A stretch of 64,000 nucleotides of DNA from Octopus sinensis (GCF_006345805.1 NC_043005.1:94550001-94614000), one strand, 5' to 3'. Counted from the stretch's first letter, positions 30,914 to 45,441 are shown. Program-made: numbers and translations. The notes: a model not told the origin generated them from the letters alone.

Positions 30914-33109
30914 TTAGTTGGACTCATTTTGTCACTTGTTCGTAAGAAATACTTCTCTGGTCTTAAACGTTCGCCTCTTTCGCACATATACATATTTCAT
31001 ATTTTTTAAAAATGTTCTTCCACCATAATATTTGTACAAGATCTCCCAAATTTTTGTAAGAATCTCTCCCATCTACACCCATGACCTGTACACAGAAGTA
31101 GTCTCAGCATAGTCACTATCTCTGCATGCAAATCTTCTTCAATTACGCTGCTGCCTTGAAAAGGGAAGGGCACCTTTTATAATGTTGTCCCATATACGCA
31201 AAGAAAGGGTGGGGGGGTTTTCATGGTTGGGAGTCATTGTTCATAATTCTGCTCAGCCTAAGAATTGTAGGTGATATTATATATTAGAAATAGCAACCAA
31301 ATCTTCTTCGAATTACTCTCAACAGCTGTAAAAAAAGGGGGACTTCGTTCGTACAGTGTCATTTTTATAATATAAAGAAATAACAATGGTTCACTTTATA
31401 TGGATGTGTACAACTATCATTTGTATGGCAGTATAACAAATACGGTTCTCATCTGAAAGCGGCAGGGGCAGTGCAAAATCTTTGAATGTTTTATTTAGTT
31501 TGCGGTGACGTATTCAAGGCAATCCATTATTAAGGGATGGGCTCTTTTAAACTGAATTGTCCTTACTGAACAACACGAAAGTCAAAGTTCTTTTCAACTG
31601 AGATCTAACGATTGATCAGCGTCGGGTCTGTCATCAATGGCTTTTGCGGATAGGATGATAGTATTTGAAAGATGTTGACGTGTTCCTTTTAGAAGGGAGA
31701 ATGGCTTTGCGTCAAAGTGCCTATCCTGGTCGTGTGTAAGAGAACCTATGTTTCGAGCTCTCCACCATGAGTGGACGACTGGGACTAGTGTTTCATTTAT
31801 TTATTTATTTATTTATTTATTTATTCAATATATGTTCATTATTTATTGACCGGTAGAAGTATCCCCATGCTACGACACCTATCATGCTTCGTTTTCCGCC
31901 GCTCATATTTAGTGCCCACTCAAGGCAGTTAAATTTCTTCAAGTGTTATATCTTATAATAAGGTTGATTTCTAATTGTGACTAGGCAAGCAAACTTTTTC
32001 ACAAGCTCGGGCCTTATAAGGCTGCTAAACTTATTTATTTTTGTTACGTTATCGCCATCATTAATTGTGAACTTGTATGTCGTCACATCACATGCTAAGA
32101 AAGTAACGAAATGCCTCTCAAATGACAACTACCGCCGTAAAAAGAGATATATTTAATGATTTACACTCAGATATACTGTCTAAAAAGAAAAGAAAAGAAA
32201 ATCAGGAAGGGTCACGGCTAGAATGCTTTAGATCAGCGATCCTCAAACCTTTTGCTTCAGAGACCAGTTTCATACAAAACCCAATAAAGTGTGTTGCACT
32301 ATATGTAATAATTTAACTATTACATATATAATACATACATTACGTTATTATCCACTCTTCCAAACTTCCAACAGATGCCGCCTCATTCTGTTTTCTTAAA
32401 CGACATATTCACTGTTTATTTCCTGTGCATTATTCTATGTACTCTTTATGCACTTTTGCCTACATTTTCTGATGAGTTGTAGTGTACGTGAGCACATTAT
32501 ACAATAAGTCCACACAGAAACCATTCGTCTGTTGGTACTGCTAGTGGCTTGGAGGGAGTAGTACGTTCCCTTGCTCCCACTATATTTCAGACACAGAGGG
32601 GCAAAGTACAGTTATCAGCTGAATCTATAATAAAGATTGTGCCGCCCACCGGACTCTCGAAGAAAGGTGAGGCATGTTTCTCCTTACTGTGGCAGTATTG
32701 AAAGAGAGTGTTTGGAAGACAAAACTTCAAGGACTCGTGACGGGAACCTTCATCTCTGGCCCCGGATTGCTCACTTTCCTCAGATATTATCTAAAGAGCG
32801 ACATAGGGCTGGAGAGGAGATGACTTTCGCGATCTGTGTTTGACAAAAGATGGAAGGCTTTGGTAAGAAAGGTGGGTAGAAGTGACTCTGCTTAATCCTC
32901 ATGTGAAAAGGAAAAGGTATAGTCGCTGGGCTTTTCAGCCCATTAAGTTTAATCCCCACCACCAAAAGTCAAATTTAATTATATATCATTCAAAATTTTA
33001 AAAAGCCAAGTATCATTCAAACTCATAATAACAATAATTGTTTGTATTGTCCTGTTTTGTCTCATCTGTGTACGATATTAATTATCCTAATAAAAAATTC
33101 ATCTCTAGA

Positions 33110-33320
33110 CGGCAGTTGTCCAGCACCAAGGACGGGAACTTACCCAGAAACCTTTGGTCTGTTTGTACTGCTCGTGGCTGGGGGGAGCAGTGCGCTCCCT
33201 TGCTCACAATATATTTCAGACATAGATTGTGTGTCGATAACCAGCTGGAAAAGATGTTTTCCTGGAGTTAAAAGGTAGTAACATGGTCCTACGTAGGACT
33301 ACCACCTTACGGTGGCAAAT
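33110..33320 (+). repeat. Old dispersed repeat of unknown class; other copies at about 32515-32600 and 35850-36080
   Basis: Shared blocks cagaaacc(a/t)tt(c/g)gtctg, ctcccttgctc, tttcagaca, ccag(c/a)tggaaaagatgt(t/c)ttcctgg and accttacggtggcaaa. Confidence 0.6.
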
Positions 33321-33969
33321 AGATTTTACAACTGTTATTATTGTTTTTATTATATATAATGCAAAGACGCCTTGCAGGCCGCGGCTTGTTACCAAATGAT
33401 CCACTGCTCAGTGAATGGGGACCCCTGTTTCAGATGATAGAATCCCTTGATCAGGTAGACCTGCTCTTGGCACAAAAAGAAAAAGTGAAAGAAAGTGAAA
33501 ACGAAGACTACGATTAATTAGAAACTGCTTCGTCGTGTTTTCCATCACTCATAACTAAGATATGAAGGTTTGTTGTTAAATCTCGGTTGGTGAGATTAAT
33601 TTCGAAACTAAATCAAACATCCGTTTCTGAACGTCGTCCATCAGCGCCACCACCACGACCGGCAATACAACATCGCCACCATCACCAACATCCTCAGCAT
33701 CATCTTCAACATTAATGAGGCTCCTGTCCACCCCACACTCTTTTGTCGACTTAAATGTATCTAAATATTATTTCACCACCGCCGCCGCCGCCGCCACCTA
33801 TGTGTTATTATTTTATTAATAAGTCGCCTGGGCGAATGTAATTTTGATCAGCTGGAGCAAGATATAATTGTGCTTACACATGTCGTTAAATTTATAACCC
33901 CCACCGCACATAAACACTATGTACATACATATATAACACACACACTATATATATATATATTATATATAT

Positions 33970-34012
<43 letters not shown>

Positions 34013-34047
34013 CACGCATATATATATATACACACACACACACACAC

Positions 34048-34102
<55 letters not shown>

Positions 34103-34532
34103 TATATATATACATGTGTGTGTGTTTTCTTTCTGTTACTTTATAATAAAAAACGCATAATAGTATCTCTATGTCTGGACTTGTACTAGTTCTGGTTATC
34201 GGTCGGAAGAGAAAGAAGTGGGACGGAGAGGAAGAAGAAGAAGAAGAAGAAGAAGAAGAAGAAGAAGAAGAAGAAGAAGAAGAAGAAGAGAAAATTAAAC
34301 TGATGCAACAAACATAACTTTGATGTATGATTCTTGACTAAAAAGATAAACATGCCAGGTGCACTTGTGGTATACACATTAATTGTAAGCATGTATGTAT
34401 GAATGTATGTGTACATGTATATATACACATGTATGTATGACTATATATATGTTTGTATGCCTGTATGTATAGATATATATGAATATACATAAATACGCAC
34501 TAATATATATGTACACACGCAAACCCCCCCCC

Positions 34533-34576
<44 letters not shown>

Positions 34577-35254
34577 CACACGCATTTGTACCTCTGTGTG
34601 TATATATACTTATATACGTTGGTATAAGTAAGTAAACATACATATATAGAGATAGACAGATGCATACAGATGGTATAGCTCTTTCTCTCTCTCTGTCTTC
34701 CTCTATATATTCTTTTATTCTCTTACTTTTTTTCGGTCATTTGACTGCAGCCATGCTGGAGCACTGCCTGAGTGTGTGTGTGTGTGTGTGTGAGTGTATA
34801 CACACATACATTTATATGTACATACATATACAGGTATGTGTGTGTATGTGAATTTATTATAAAGACTGTGATTATGAAGTCAATTGTTGCTGTTAGTTTA
34901 TTTATCTTATTGGTTGAAATATACGATGAGGTGAATCTAGGTAAGAGACAGATGGAGATGGATATAAAGCAGCGACGAAATACATGAAACCTATGGCACC
35001 ATAATAATGATCATGTATATTATGTCACGTTTGCAAGAGTTTTATTTTTTGTTTACTGATTTGTGTCAGTCATTGCGCTGTTGTGGCACAGTCTAAAATG
35101 GTTTAAACGAACAAAAGAACAACAGTGTTTATTCTATGCTTTCTTCTTGTAGCATTGTTTTCGTTTTGCCGAACTTGCACCAGTTATGAAGCAGTCGAGG
35201 TACAAGCAGAAACCCAAAGATGCACCTTCGCAAAAGATATATGTATATAATGAT

Positions 35255-35670
35255 GGCTGCCCCCTCGTTATCGAGTATGGCCAAAGCACGAGGCTTAGCT
35301 ATTAACGGTGCTGTGAGGGGATGTGACTTTTTGCCCAGCTAATGTCTTGTACAATGTCTTGTACAAAATTGGCAACTAAAACCTTTCCTGACAATAGCCG
35401 GCTGTAGTTATAATTGGGCTTCATGTACCTTTGCATGTCGTTTAAGTCCTCCCGCTGAATCACACTCAGTTCCACATGCCTGACAGATATGATTAGTATG
35501 GTGTCTAACACCACCACCACCACCACCACTAGCCAGGTTGTCACTCATCTGTCTCGCTTTATGACCACGAAGATGACACTTGAGTCCAGCTTTACTGAGG
35601 CAGGATCTTGCACAGACACTGCACGTCAGCATCATAAGAAAACCCTTACCGTCTGGAAGTGTATATTGCT
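35255..35670 (-). mobile_element. RTE LINE 3' fragment with C2H2-like zinc-finger region
   Basis: CSVCARSCLSKAGLKCHLRGH and CQACGTECDSAGGLKRHAKVH. The 3' UTR ggccatactcgataacgagggggcagccat is homologous to 49037-49540. Confidence 0.9.
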
Positions 35671-35690
35671 ATAGTATACATACATGTATA

Positions 35691-35733
<43 letters not shown>

Positions 35734-36102
35734 GTTATTACATATTTCTCGCCCAGAGAGATTTAAACTAGTTGTTTTTCTCTTTATGTGATCAGTGACT
35801 GTGTCAGTTTAAAAGTATATACTGTGAGCGAAGTGAATCACTCCCATCTCTAGCCAGCAATTGTCCTGCACCGAGGAAGAGAAATAACCCGGAAACCATT
35901 GGTCTGCAGGTATCGCTAAGGCTGTAGGAGGAGCATTATCTCCCTTACTCACAGTATGCAGACACACATGATGTGTTGGTAGCCAGATGGAAAAGATGTC
36001 TTCCTGGGTGGGGGTGGGGGGGGCTAAACATTAGTAACATCCTTCTATTCAGGACTGCCACTTTACGTTGGCAAAAGGAGTTTACTACTATATATATATA
36101 TA

Positions 36103-36158
<56 letters not shown>

Positions 36159-37159
36159 AATATATATATATATAAATGTGTTTTGTGTGAAATGTGTTTT
36201 AGTGAGCGTTGTGAGTTGATGTGCGTTGGCTGTTATGTGTTGGTGAATGTTGTGCGTTGTAGGGTGCTGTATGTTGTTGGTGTTATGTACTGTTGATGTG
36301 TTTGATGTACCGGTGAGTGTTCTGTTATGTGTTGTGTGATGGTGGGTGTATTAGGAGTCATTTTTGGTGAATGTTTCGTGTTTATAAATGCAGAGCATTG
36401 ACTGGCAAGTAGTTTGTATTGATGGGTCTTGTGTGTCGGATGCTTTTGTCTGTTGGTGAATATTTTATATTGCTGCGAGTTATAAATGCAAACAAGATTG
36501 TCGAGCTTAGCAATTAAGATTGGAATTAGTAACGATTGAAATTTTCACAATAGAATGAACAATACAACTGCACAGCGAAACGATACTATCGTATAATATA
36601 TACATCATAAATATAGCAATTTCTCCTAGTCAACACTGAGCTGTGTATTGTCATATTTGTGCTTTATAGAGGACCAACAAATACCTAGGTAAATCAAAGG
36701 TATTTTCTGGCCCTGATGTTGACAAAACAAATGCTGTCGGGAACTGTCTTTGTTATATTTTATAAGGCCTGGAGCTTAGCAATTGTGTTAAGCAGATGGG
36801 AAACAATTATATTCCGGATATCAGGTAATATTAATACTTTCAATTGATGCATCGCTTATTGTCTAAATTTCCTTTTGCAGCAATATGAGAGAAAATATAC
36901 TGCCAGGAATAATACACAGTGATATACTAGCGACAGACTTTTACATAACACCCATGAGCTGGTAGTTCATGTACATGTGCGCGCACGCACAAGCGCACGC
37001 ACACACACACACACACACACACATACAGATATATACATGCACAGAAGTACATAAATGTAGACTGATAGTTATGTATATCTATGTATGTACGTACGTATGT
37101 ATGTATGTATGTATGTATGTATGTATGTATGTATGTATGTATGTATGTATGTATGTATG

Positions 37160-37515
37160 TATGTGCGTATCTTTATCTTTATCTTCTCTATGTTTCAGTC
37201 AAATGACTGCGGCCATGCTGTGGCACCACCTTCAAGGTTTTTACTCAAACAAATCGACCAAAAGGTCATATTTTTTTAAGCCTAGTATTATTCTATCCAT
37301 TCTTTTGCAGAACGTAAAAATATCAGCACCGGTTGTCAAGAGGTGTTGGGGACAAACACAGACACAAACACATAGATACATACATACATAAATACGACGG
37401 GCTTCTTTCAGTTTCCGTCCACCAAATCCCTTCATAAGACTTCGGTCAATCAAGGTGTCACGCAGTAGGACATAACCCAGAACTTGTGGCTGGGAAGCAA
37501 TCTTCTTACCATGCA
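37160..37515 (-). mobile_element. CORE-type SINE
   Basis: Reverse complement of the 63202 family: tttcagtcaaatgactgcggccatgctg...cttctttcagtttccgtc...tcttaccatgcacc. Confidence 0.8.
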
Positions 37516-37621
37516 CCGTATACATACATACATACATACATACATACTTACATACATACATACTTTCATATATACATACATTCATACATACATATGCAGA
37601 CGCATGTATTTATATATATGT

Positions 37622-37695
<74 letters not shown>

Positions 37696-38148
37696 ATATA
37701 TATCATGTATGTATGTATGTATGTATGTATGTATGTATTTATGTTGTATTATGTATGTGTGTGTAGTAAGAAAAGGGAAGAGGAGAATTTTGATTGTCCT
37801 GACGTGATGAGTTGTAATACCAAATATATATATATAAATAAAAGAAGGAAAATGCACACAGTTTACATAGTTTTAATATATTTTTAATGTATTTTTTAAG
37901 TGAAAGACTATTGTGTTTGTCGACCGGCTTCGCTTTCGCTAATCATGAGATCGAATTTATTGTAATGTATTTTCTTAAGAAGATTTTAGTCTATGTTCTT
38001 GAATGGAAGTTTGTGAATGAATCAAAAAGTATAAAATTTAAGCGGGGAGGGGTAATTGGTGATCGTCATTATTCGGGGCAGGAGAGGCAATTGCTAATTT
38101 TTTTTGGCGCGGGATAAATAAACATACTAAATCTCAAAAACTAAAGTA

Positions 38149-38185
<37 letters not shown>

Positions 38186-38282
38186 TTCAACAATTGAGGG
38201 CAAAATTAATTAATTATTAATCAATTTCACTAAGTGTTCAGTATGCAAAGGGACCATTCAAGGCGAATTCAAATTATTACAT

Positions 38283-38646
<364 letters not shown>

Positions 38647-40859
38647 AAATGGATAAATGAATTATCTTGTTAAGGATTATTCAAAATTTAACCGATACCT
38701 AGGTAGCAAAAATCACAACAGAAAAAACACGGTTGAAGTTACGACCATGGGGTGTCGCAACCGTGCCTTAGCGCGGATAATTGAAGTTTATGGTCTCCTT
38801 ATTCAATCCGAATTTGGAAATTTGCGGCCTTTGAAACATGTGTAGAAAATAATAAAAGGAATTCTGTAGAATCTTCGTTCAGCTCCATTTCTTCCCTTCA
38901 CTAAATATATATATATATATATATATGTATGTATATACATGCATACACTCGCACGCATGCACACATACACACACGCGCATAAACGAACCGAAGAACAACT
39001 CAGCTAGTTCCACCACATCGTATCCAATCGAATCAGTAAAATTTAATTTATTCGTTCTGCAAAATTATTCAAAAGCTTATACTGTCCGTAGTTCAACTAA
39101 TCAGTAGACATCAGCAGTGATGTTGCTGACAGGCAAATGAATAAAACAAAATAATCTAATGAAAAGTTACTAAATAAGACCAAATTATATTGTTATTATA
39201 TGAGATAGGTTCAGAAATTACTAGAGTTTTACCAAGTATGAACTAATATCATTTCAAATTTTGGCTCAAGGCCAGCAATTTCGGGGGACGGGATAAGTCG
39301 ATCACATCGGCCCCAGTGCTCAGCTGGTAATTTATTTTATTGAACCCAAGAGGATGAAAGGCAAAGTCAGCCTCGGCAAAATTTGAACTCAGACCATAAT
39401 GGGTCAGAAGAGATGCTGCTAAGCATTTTGCCTGGAGCAGTAATGATTCTACCAGTTCGCCACCTTTGGAAGCATGTAGTGATATTTCTGGAAATTTTCA
39501 TAGAAATAATTAGGTATAAATGTGAACATTTAGGCAATTGTTTTATTTATATGTAAGCCTAGCTGCTTTGAATCATCGCTATTTACACCATTTTCGGGCC
39601 CCATTGCTGATATTGTCTGTGGTTTTATGGGGCGACATTAATGAAATAAGTTCTTCATTGATGTTCGTCGAATTCTTAGAGTTGTGTTATCCATAGTATC
39701 AATATATTTTCATAAGTAGTTGTATGCTACCCACTCTCTCTCTCTTATTCTGTCTCTTTTCTTCGCTCTCACTCTCTCTCCTCTCTCTCCCTCTCTCTCT
39801 CCCTCTCTCCACTCTCTCTCTCCACACACACTCTCTCTCTCTCTCTCTTTAACTACTGATGAGCAGGTAATGAACAGATGAAGCTAGGTACCTGGGGTGG
39901 TGTTAAACTTGGCGATTAGTTAAATTTACCACCCACATAGCCCATGGCAGGATTTTAACCCAGAACACCAAGAGCCGGAACAAATACCGCAAGGTATCCA
40001 GTCTGACGTTCTTTCAGATCCACTAATCCATCCCATCAGATTGGTACTTTTTATCGACCTCCAAAGACGACTGGTAAATTTGACTTCATCATGATTTGAA
40101 ACCAGTGTACTGAGAATCGGGACGCATACGCCGATCCATTCCGCCCAACTCTTTAACAACTCTGCCAGTTTGCCGCCTTCAGTATTAAGGCGAGGTGATT
40201 TGAAGCTAGAGAACCGTAGGTTTAATGGGTAAGTCTTTCAACTGGGCTACCTCAAGTCTAAGTATCCAAAACGATCAGATCAGAATTATAGAAGTGATAG
40301 ACCATTAAAGAGAGGTGTTCTGGACATGGTAACATGCTGTCCTGAATTACTGCGTGAGAGAAGCCTCAAGCAAACGTCGACAATATTAGGTGCATCCTTC
40401 CAAAAGCAACCAGTGCACCAAGAAGAATCACAACTTGCTTGTTTGTTATAGATGTAGCATTTGCTGTCCTATTTTTCACGGCTTCTTTTTAACTGAATTA
40501 CTAGTGAGTAGGCTTGTGCACCCATGACTGAAGTCATTTTAACCTGGTTCATAATTTTACAATAGAATTGACCTTAATCATGCTTTCTAATATTGTAATT
40601 TCATCTGCCCTGTACATCATAATCGGTTAACAGCACATTACGTGGTTTATCTAAAAGTATTAATTGCTTAAAAGGTGCAACTACGAATCTCTGAATTCTT
40701 CTGTCGCTTGGCAATGTTTATGACTTTCTTTTTGTTGTGTCATTGTTAAAAATAGCCGATCACTTTTGTAACTCTATTTACGCAATATCACAATAAATCC
40801 GTTTAGAGTTACATATTTTAGGAACTTATGTAGAACACTAACCGAGGAGTAACAATATA

Positions 40860-41520
40860 CGTTCATATGTATATCGACTCCTTGGGTTGTCCTAGCTTTG
40901 TGACACAACACAGAGACTTGTCGGAAGATGTGCAGTCTTCCATTGTGTACCCTGTCGATCCAAATCCTCACAACTTTCTCCAACACCTCTGTGTAGACAG
41001 CGGCATTGACACTTAAGCCCGCTGATAAAAAGTGACGAAGCGGGACATCTTCCTCATTCCTCGCGGCCCACAGACCATCACAGTTGTCGGGAACTTAGTA
41101 TGCATGACTTTTGGAAACTCATTCGTTTCTCTGCGTAACCATCTCTTGTTCATTCAGTTTACCTTTTGGTCCCAATCGAATTTTTTCTCTTGGGAGAAAA
41201 ACCAAAGCACTCCAGCCTCTTAGTGTTTTAACTTGTTTAGCAAGCGCTTTACACTAATCGAACTTTTCTCTCTTGTCACATCCGACATAAAATGATCCCT
41301 CCGTATCACATACGACTTGTACCGGATGTCCTCAAGGTGCACTCTGAAACGAGGACATTTGCAATGACCAATTACCGAGGAATTTATCGATTATTTCTTG
41401 GACTTCAAGTACAAAGTTGTGTATTCGGATGGTTATTAGGATGAGTTGAGTTTTGTGCTTAGTTGCAGATACAGCATCCCCATCCGCAGCTTCCAACTCG
41501 TTTCGAACTTTCACAATGAA
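40860..41520 (-). pseudogene. Tc1/mariner-superfamily transposase remnant, DD37D (maT)-like
   Basis: Minus-strand translation EDIRYKSYVIRR...KRLLNKLKH*EAGVLWFFSQEKKFDWDQKVN...VMHTKFPTTVMV...VNAAVYTEVLEKVVRIWIDRV...HIFRQVSVLCHKA. These are degenerate FSDEK and FQQDSAPAHKA motifs. No TIR found. Confidence 0.8.
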
Positions 41521-41527
41521 GGATTCA

Positions 41528-41690
41528 ATGCTGGTGTGTCTACGTCCCCGGAACTTAGCGGTTCGGCAAAAGAGACCGATAGAATAAGTACTAGGCTTAC
41601 AAAGCATAAGTCCTGGGGTCGATTTCCGCAACTAAAGGTGGTACTCCATCATAGCCACAGTCAAATGACCGAAACAAGTAAAAGAGTATA
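41528..41690 (+). mobile_element. CORE-type SINE 3' part
   Basis: cttagcggttcggcaaaagagaccgatagaataagtactaggcttac...cagtcaaatgaccgaaacaagtaaaagagt. Confidence 0.85.
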
Positions 41691-42789
41691 TATCTAAATA
41701 TATACATGAATTTACTGTTGTACCCTTGGGAGCTTTCTTTACTAATAAAATGACCCTCCTAACATACAACATCTGATTCAACAAACGATTGCGCATTAAA
41801 AGTAAAACAAACTCAAAAATGTGCTTAAACAAAAACGAAATGTGTTTCTGCCTCCGTATGAGAGTGTGCGTGTGTGTATATATGTATAATTTGTATGTGT
41901 ATGGGTGTGAATATAAGCATCTGTATGAGTGTGTGCGCGCACGGTAATGAGTGTAGTAAATATATGAAATTTGGAATTTTTAGAGGTTGTGACATTCGCA
42001 GTTTCCAAAAGCATTCGTGACATAAAAATAAAGTTGTTCCAACTTGAACCAAAATGAACCTGGTTCACCGAGTGCTTACATGTGCACGATTTAATTAATT
42101 ATGTTTATTCTGAAAATGTTGATAGGTCTGTAATGATCATTAGCATCATTATCCTCATGACCTGATCTGATCATCGTCATCGTCATCGTCATCAGTATAC
42201 TCATCATCATACTCGGTGGTTGTGGGGCGTCAACATGGTTGACGTTATCATCATTATCGTCGTCGTTGTCAATATCATTACTATCATATCATCATCGTCG
42301 TTGTCGTTGACGTCACAACCTTCGTCGTCGCTGCCAATCTCATTATCATATCAGCATTACCATCGACGTCATCATTATCATCATCGTCGTCGTCAAGTCG
42401 TCGTGTTCCTCCTCCTCCTCCTCCACCCCCTCCACCCTTTCTCCTCCTCATCATCATCATCATCACTATCAAAATCAACAACGATGTTGTCCCAACGAGT
42501 AAGATATCACTTGGTAACACTACTGAAATATCTACCAAAAGAGAAAAATGACGACAACCACGGTCAAATATTTTTGATTAAAGAAGCAAACGTCAAACAT
42601 AACACTTATCTGTAAACAGCCTCGCAAAGACCCACAATTACGTTCACCACATGTTAATGTTTTCTAACCACACCTTCAAGTCCATATTGAAAGATAAACA
42701 TGTAACATATTTTCCAAAAAAATCTACAAAAAAATCTAGGCGCAGGCATGGCTGTGTGCTTAAGAAGTATCCTTAATTTTTTTGTTTGT

Positions 42790-43450
42790 GCAGGGCGTGG
42801 TAGGGAAAATTTTCGATGTGGTAGCAGAATTCGTCGAGATCTTTATTTCTTTCTTTGTGGGGGATGTGTTCACTTCTGTTTTTGCCTAGTGAATCATCTT
42901 CGCTATTATAATCAGCCGGTGCTTCTGTAAGCCTTAATTTCCTACAGAATTCTGAAACATTGTCCTTGATCTCATTTTGGTTAGTTCTGTTGGGGTGAAT
43001 TTTAACCCTTTAGATAGGATATCGATCGTTGTGGATGTGAGGGGTTTATATGACAAGTTAATTACCTTTGGTTTCTCTTGTGTATCAAGTTCCAACCTGG
43101 TCCTGTTTTTTCTGGTCTGGGGCTAAAAATGTGGTTGAGGTTGTGTTGGTACGAAACGTCCGTGGGCAAGTAGGGGTTAGGGTTGGGTGTTTGGGGATGT
43201 TGTTGTCTTGTGGGGTTGTTTTGCGTGTGTAGATGTTTGGGGGGGTTCTTTGACTGGTATTGTGTTATTCCAAAATGCGTCCCGTTTTCCCTGTTCTGGG
43301 GCCAGAAAATGTTGGTTCTTGTTTTATTAGTATGACCTGTCGGTGTAAAAGTAGGGATTTGGTGTGGGTGTTGAACTCTTGGATTGCTTTGTGTGTATGG
43401 GTGTTTACAGGTTGTTAGTTTAGCATTATGTGGGGGGTTCGGTGTTCCAG
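42790..43450 (-). mobile_element. Penelope-like element, N-terminal ORF fragment (inverted relative to the C-terminus)
   Basis: Minus-strand translation PKVINLSYKPLTSTTIDILSKGLKFTPT...EFCRKLRLTE matches the N-terminal V.NLS...LSKGL.F.P and F.R.LRL pattern typical of PLE ORFs. Confidence 0.8.
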
Positions 43451-43454
43451 AGCA

Positions 43455-44420
43455 AGCACTACACAACTCATAAATGAAGGGATTAAACGTGCAAAATCGA
43501 TTGATATTAAAACATTAAGAAAAACCAAACATAACAACACACCTACCCTTAAAACTACCTTATGTCTCTACATACAATCCCAGAAACAAAGAAGCGTTCA
43601 ATATCATCGTCCCAAATCATCCAATATTCCATAAGGACCCCAAACTTAGGAAATTCTACGTAGCCATAAAATCATTAAGAGTAGCAAACAGTCTAGGACA
43701 TTAAAGAATATCCTCACAAATGCCAAACTATTCTCTAGAACAACGGACGCAAAAGTCGAAAAATGTGGTCGCCCTAATTGCGGAACATGTCTCAATCTGT
43801 TAAACAGATCGGAATTCCATTTCAGACAAGGTCAAATATTCAAAATGAAATCAAACTCCACTTGCGCCTCCCAAAATCTTATTTACGCAATCAGATGCTC
43901 GGGCTGCCATCGAAACTATATTGGTCCGACAGGAATGTCAATCAGACAGATGTACAGTCCACAGACAATAAATATCCTCCCCACAATATCACCAAATATA
44001 TCTCAGTCAACACATTGACGAATATGCAGAACGGTTACAACCACAATTCGTAATTTTCCCATTTTATCAACTTGCTTTCTGGACCTCAACACAAGTAAGA
44101 CTGAATAAAGTAAGACTCAATAAAGGAGCTTCATTTATCCAAAAATATAAACCAGAAATAAATATGAACCCATATTAAAAATATAAGACTTTTCCCTTCT
44201 ATTGTAAGATATAAGCCAGAATAAAACAGACCAAAAATAAAAATTACAGATTTACCTCTCCTTTACTGTAAAATGAATGAGTGAACAATTATCTCCTCTA
44301 GTAATATGTCTTATCCCTAGCAATATGTCTATTTTCCAACCCTTAGCTTGATGAGCAATGCGAAACCGGTTCTTACTTTAATTATGTTGAAAGAACAAAA
44401 CCTTATTTTGTACAAAATTG
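43455..44420 (+). mobile_element. Penelope-like element, C-terminal thumb/GIY-YIG fragment and 3' region
   Basis: TQLINEGIKRAK...LPYVSTYNP...KCGRPNCGTC...STCASQNLIYAIRCSGCHRNYIGPTGMSIRQ...HRQ; the IY...YIG motif lies at 43881-43925. Several frameshifts. Confidence 0.88.
44343..44376 (+). ncRNA. Degenerate minimal type I hammerhead ribozyme motif
   Basis: ttag-CTTGATGA-GC aat GC-GAAA-CCGG-TT-ctta. Core-like (c)TGATGA and GAAA, 2 bp stem II, palindromic ACCGGT stem III, weak stem I. It is in sense orientation in the PLE 3' region, where minimal hammerheads are known to occur. The core deviates from CUGAUGA. Confidence 0.55.
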
Positions 44421-45064
44421 TATAATATATATATATGCACATAGATTCAGAGCACATACATACGCGTACTGAAACACATATACGTGCGCATGTATGTATC
44501 TACATACGTATGTATATGTATGTACATATATATTTTTCTATGAGTGTGTGTATATACATATGCGTATGTAATATACATCCTTGTCATAATGGCTGGTAGA
44601 GAAACAACTGAATGGCACTGTTTCTACCGTTAAATGTAACATAATTTCTCCCGACCAGTATCTGGAACAGGGGCGAGTTACCGGCATTGCGTCTAATATT
44701 ACATCAAAGAACGTTTTATTTAATATACGGAAAAATATAATTACATTTATTGTGTAAAAATCTAATTATAAATATTAAAGTATAAACCTATACAAACACA
44801 TACAAACATATACATATATGTTTATATAAATGCACACACAAACGCGAATACACACATACACGCACACATACACACACATATGCACATGTACACAGGCGTT
44901 TATTATGCCGCTTATTCTGATCAAGATTAATGTTATCGACCTTTCATTCTTATCAAATTATGTTGATCCCAAACAGTTTGTTAAATGTTATCCGGTTATT
45001 TCTATGGAAATGTCTTCTTCGCAAAGTGATCACAGCACACACTCACATATATTAACATGCCTAT

Positions 45065-45118
<54 letters not shown>

Positions 45119-45302
45119 ACCTACCTACCTACCTACCAACGTACATCCATCAATCCATCCATACACACACACCGATACATACATACATACAAAATTACCC
45201 TCTTGATATTGTTGAAATTCCAATGAAAACCGGCATTTTCTCTATTGGTAAGAAATCTTGAAATAAAACTGAATAATGACAGACATAGACACACACATTC
45301 AC

Positions 45303-45352
<50 letters not shown>

Positions 45353-45395
45353 ACACAGACACAGACACACACACACACACACACACATACACATA

Positions 45396-45441
<46 letters not shown>

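Noticed and set aside
31946-32128. 60 aa minus-strand ORF as a possible host exon
   Set aside because: No recognisable domain or convincing splice sites.
32460-32535. CTGATGA...GAAAC...GTC hammerhead-like order
   Set aside because: Stem II does not close at the core and stem I cannot pair. The GAAA belongs to a separate repeat starting at about 32515.
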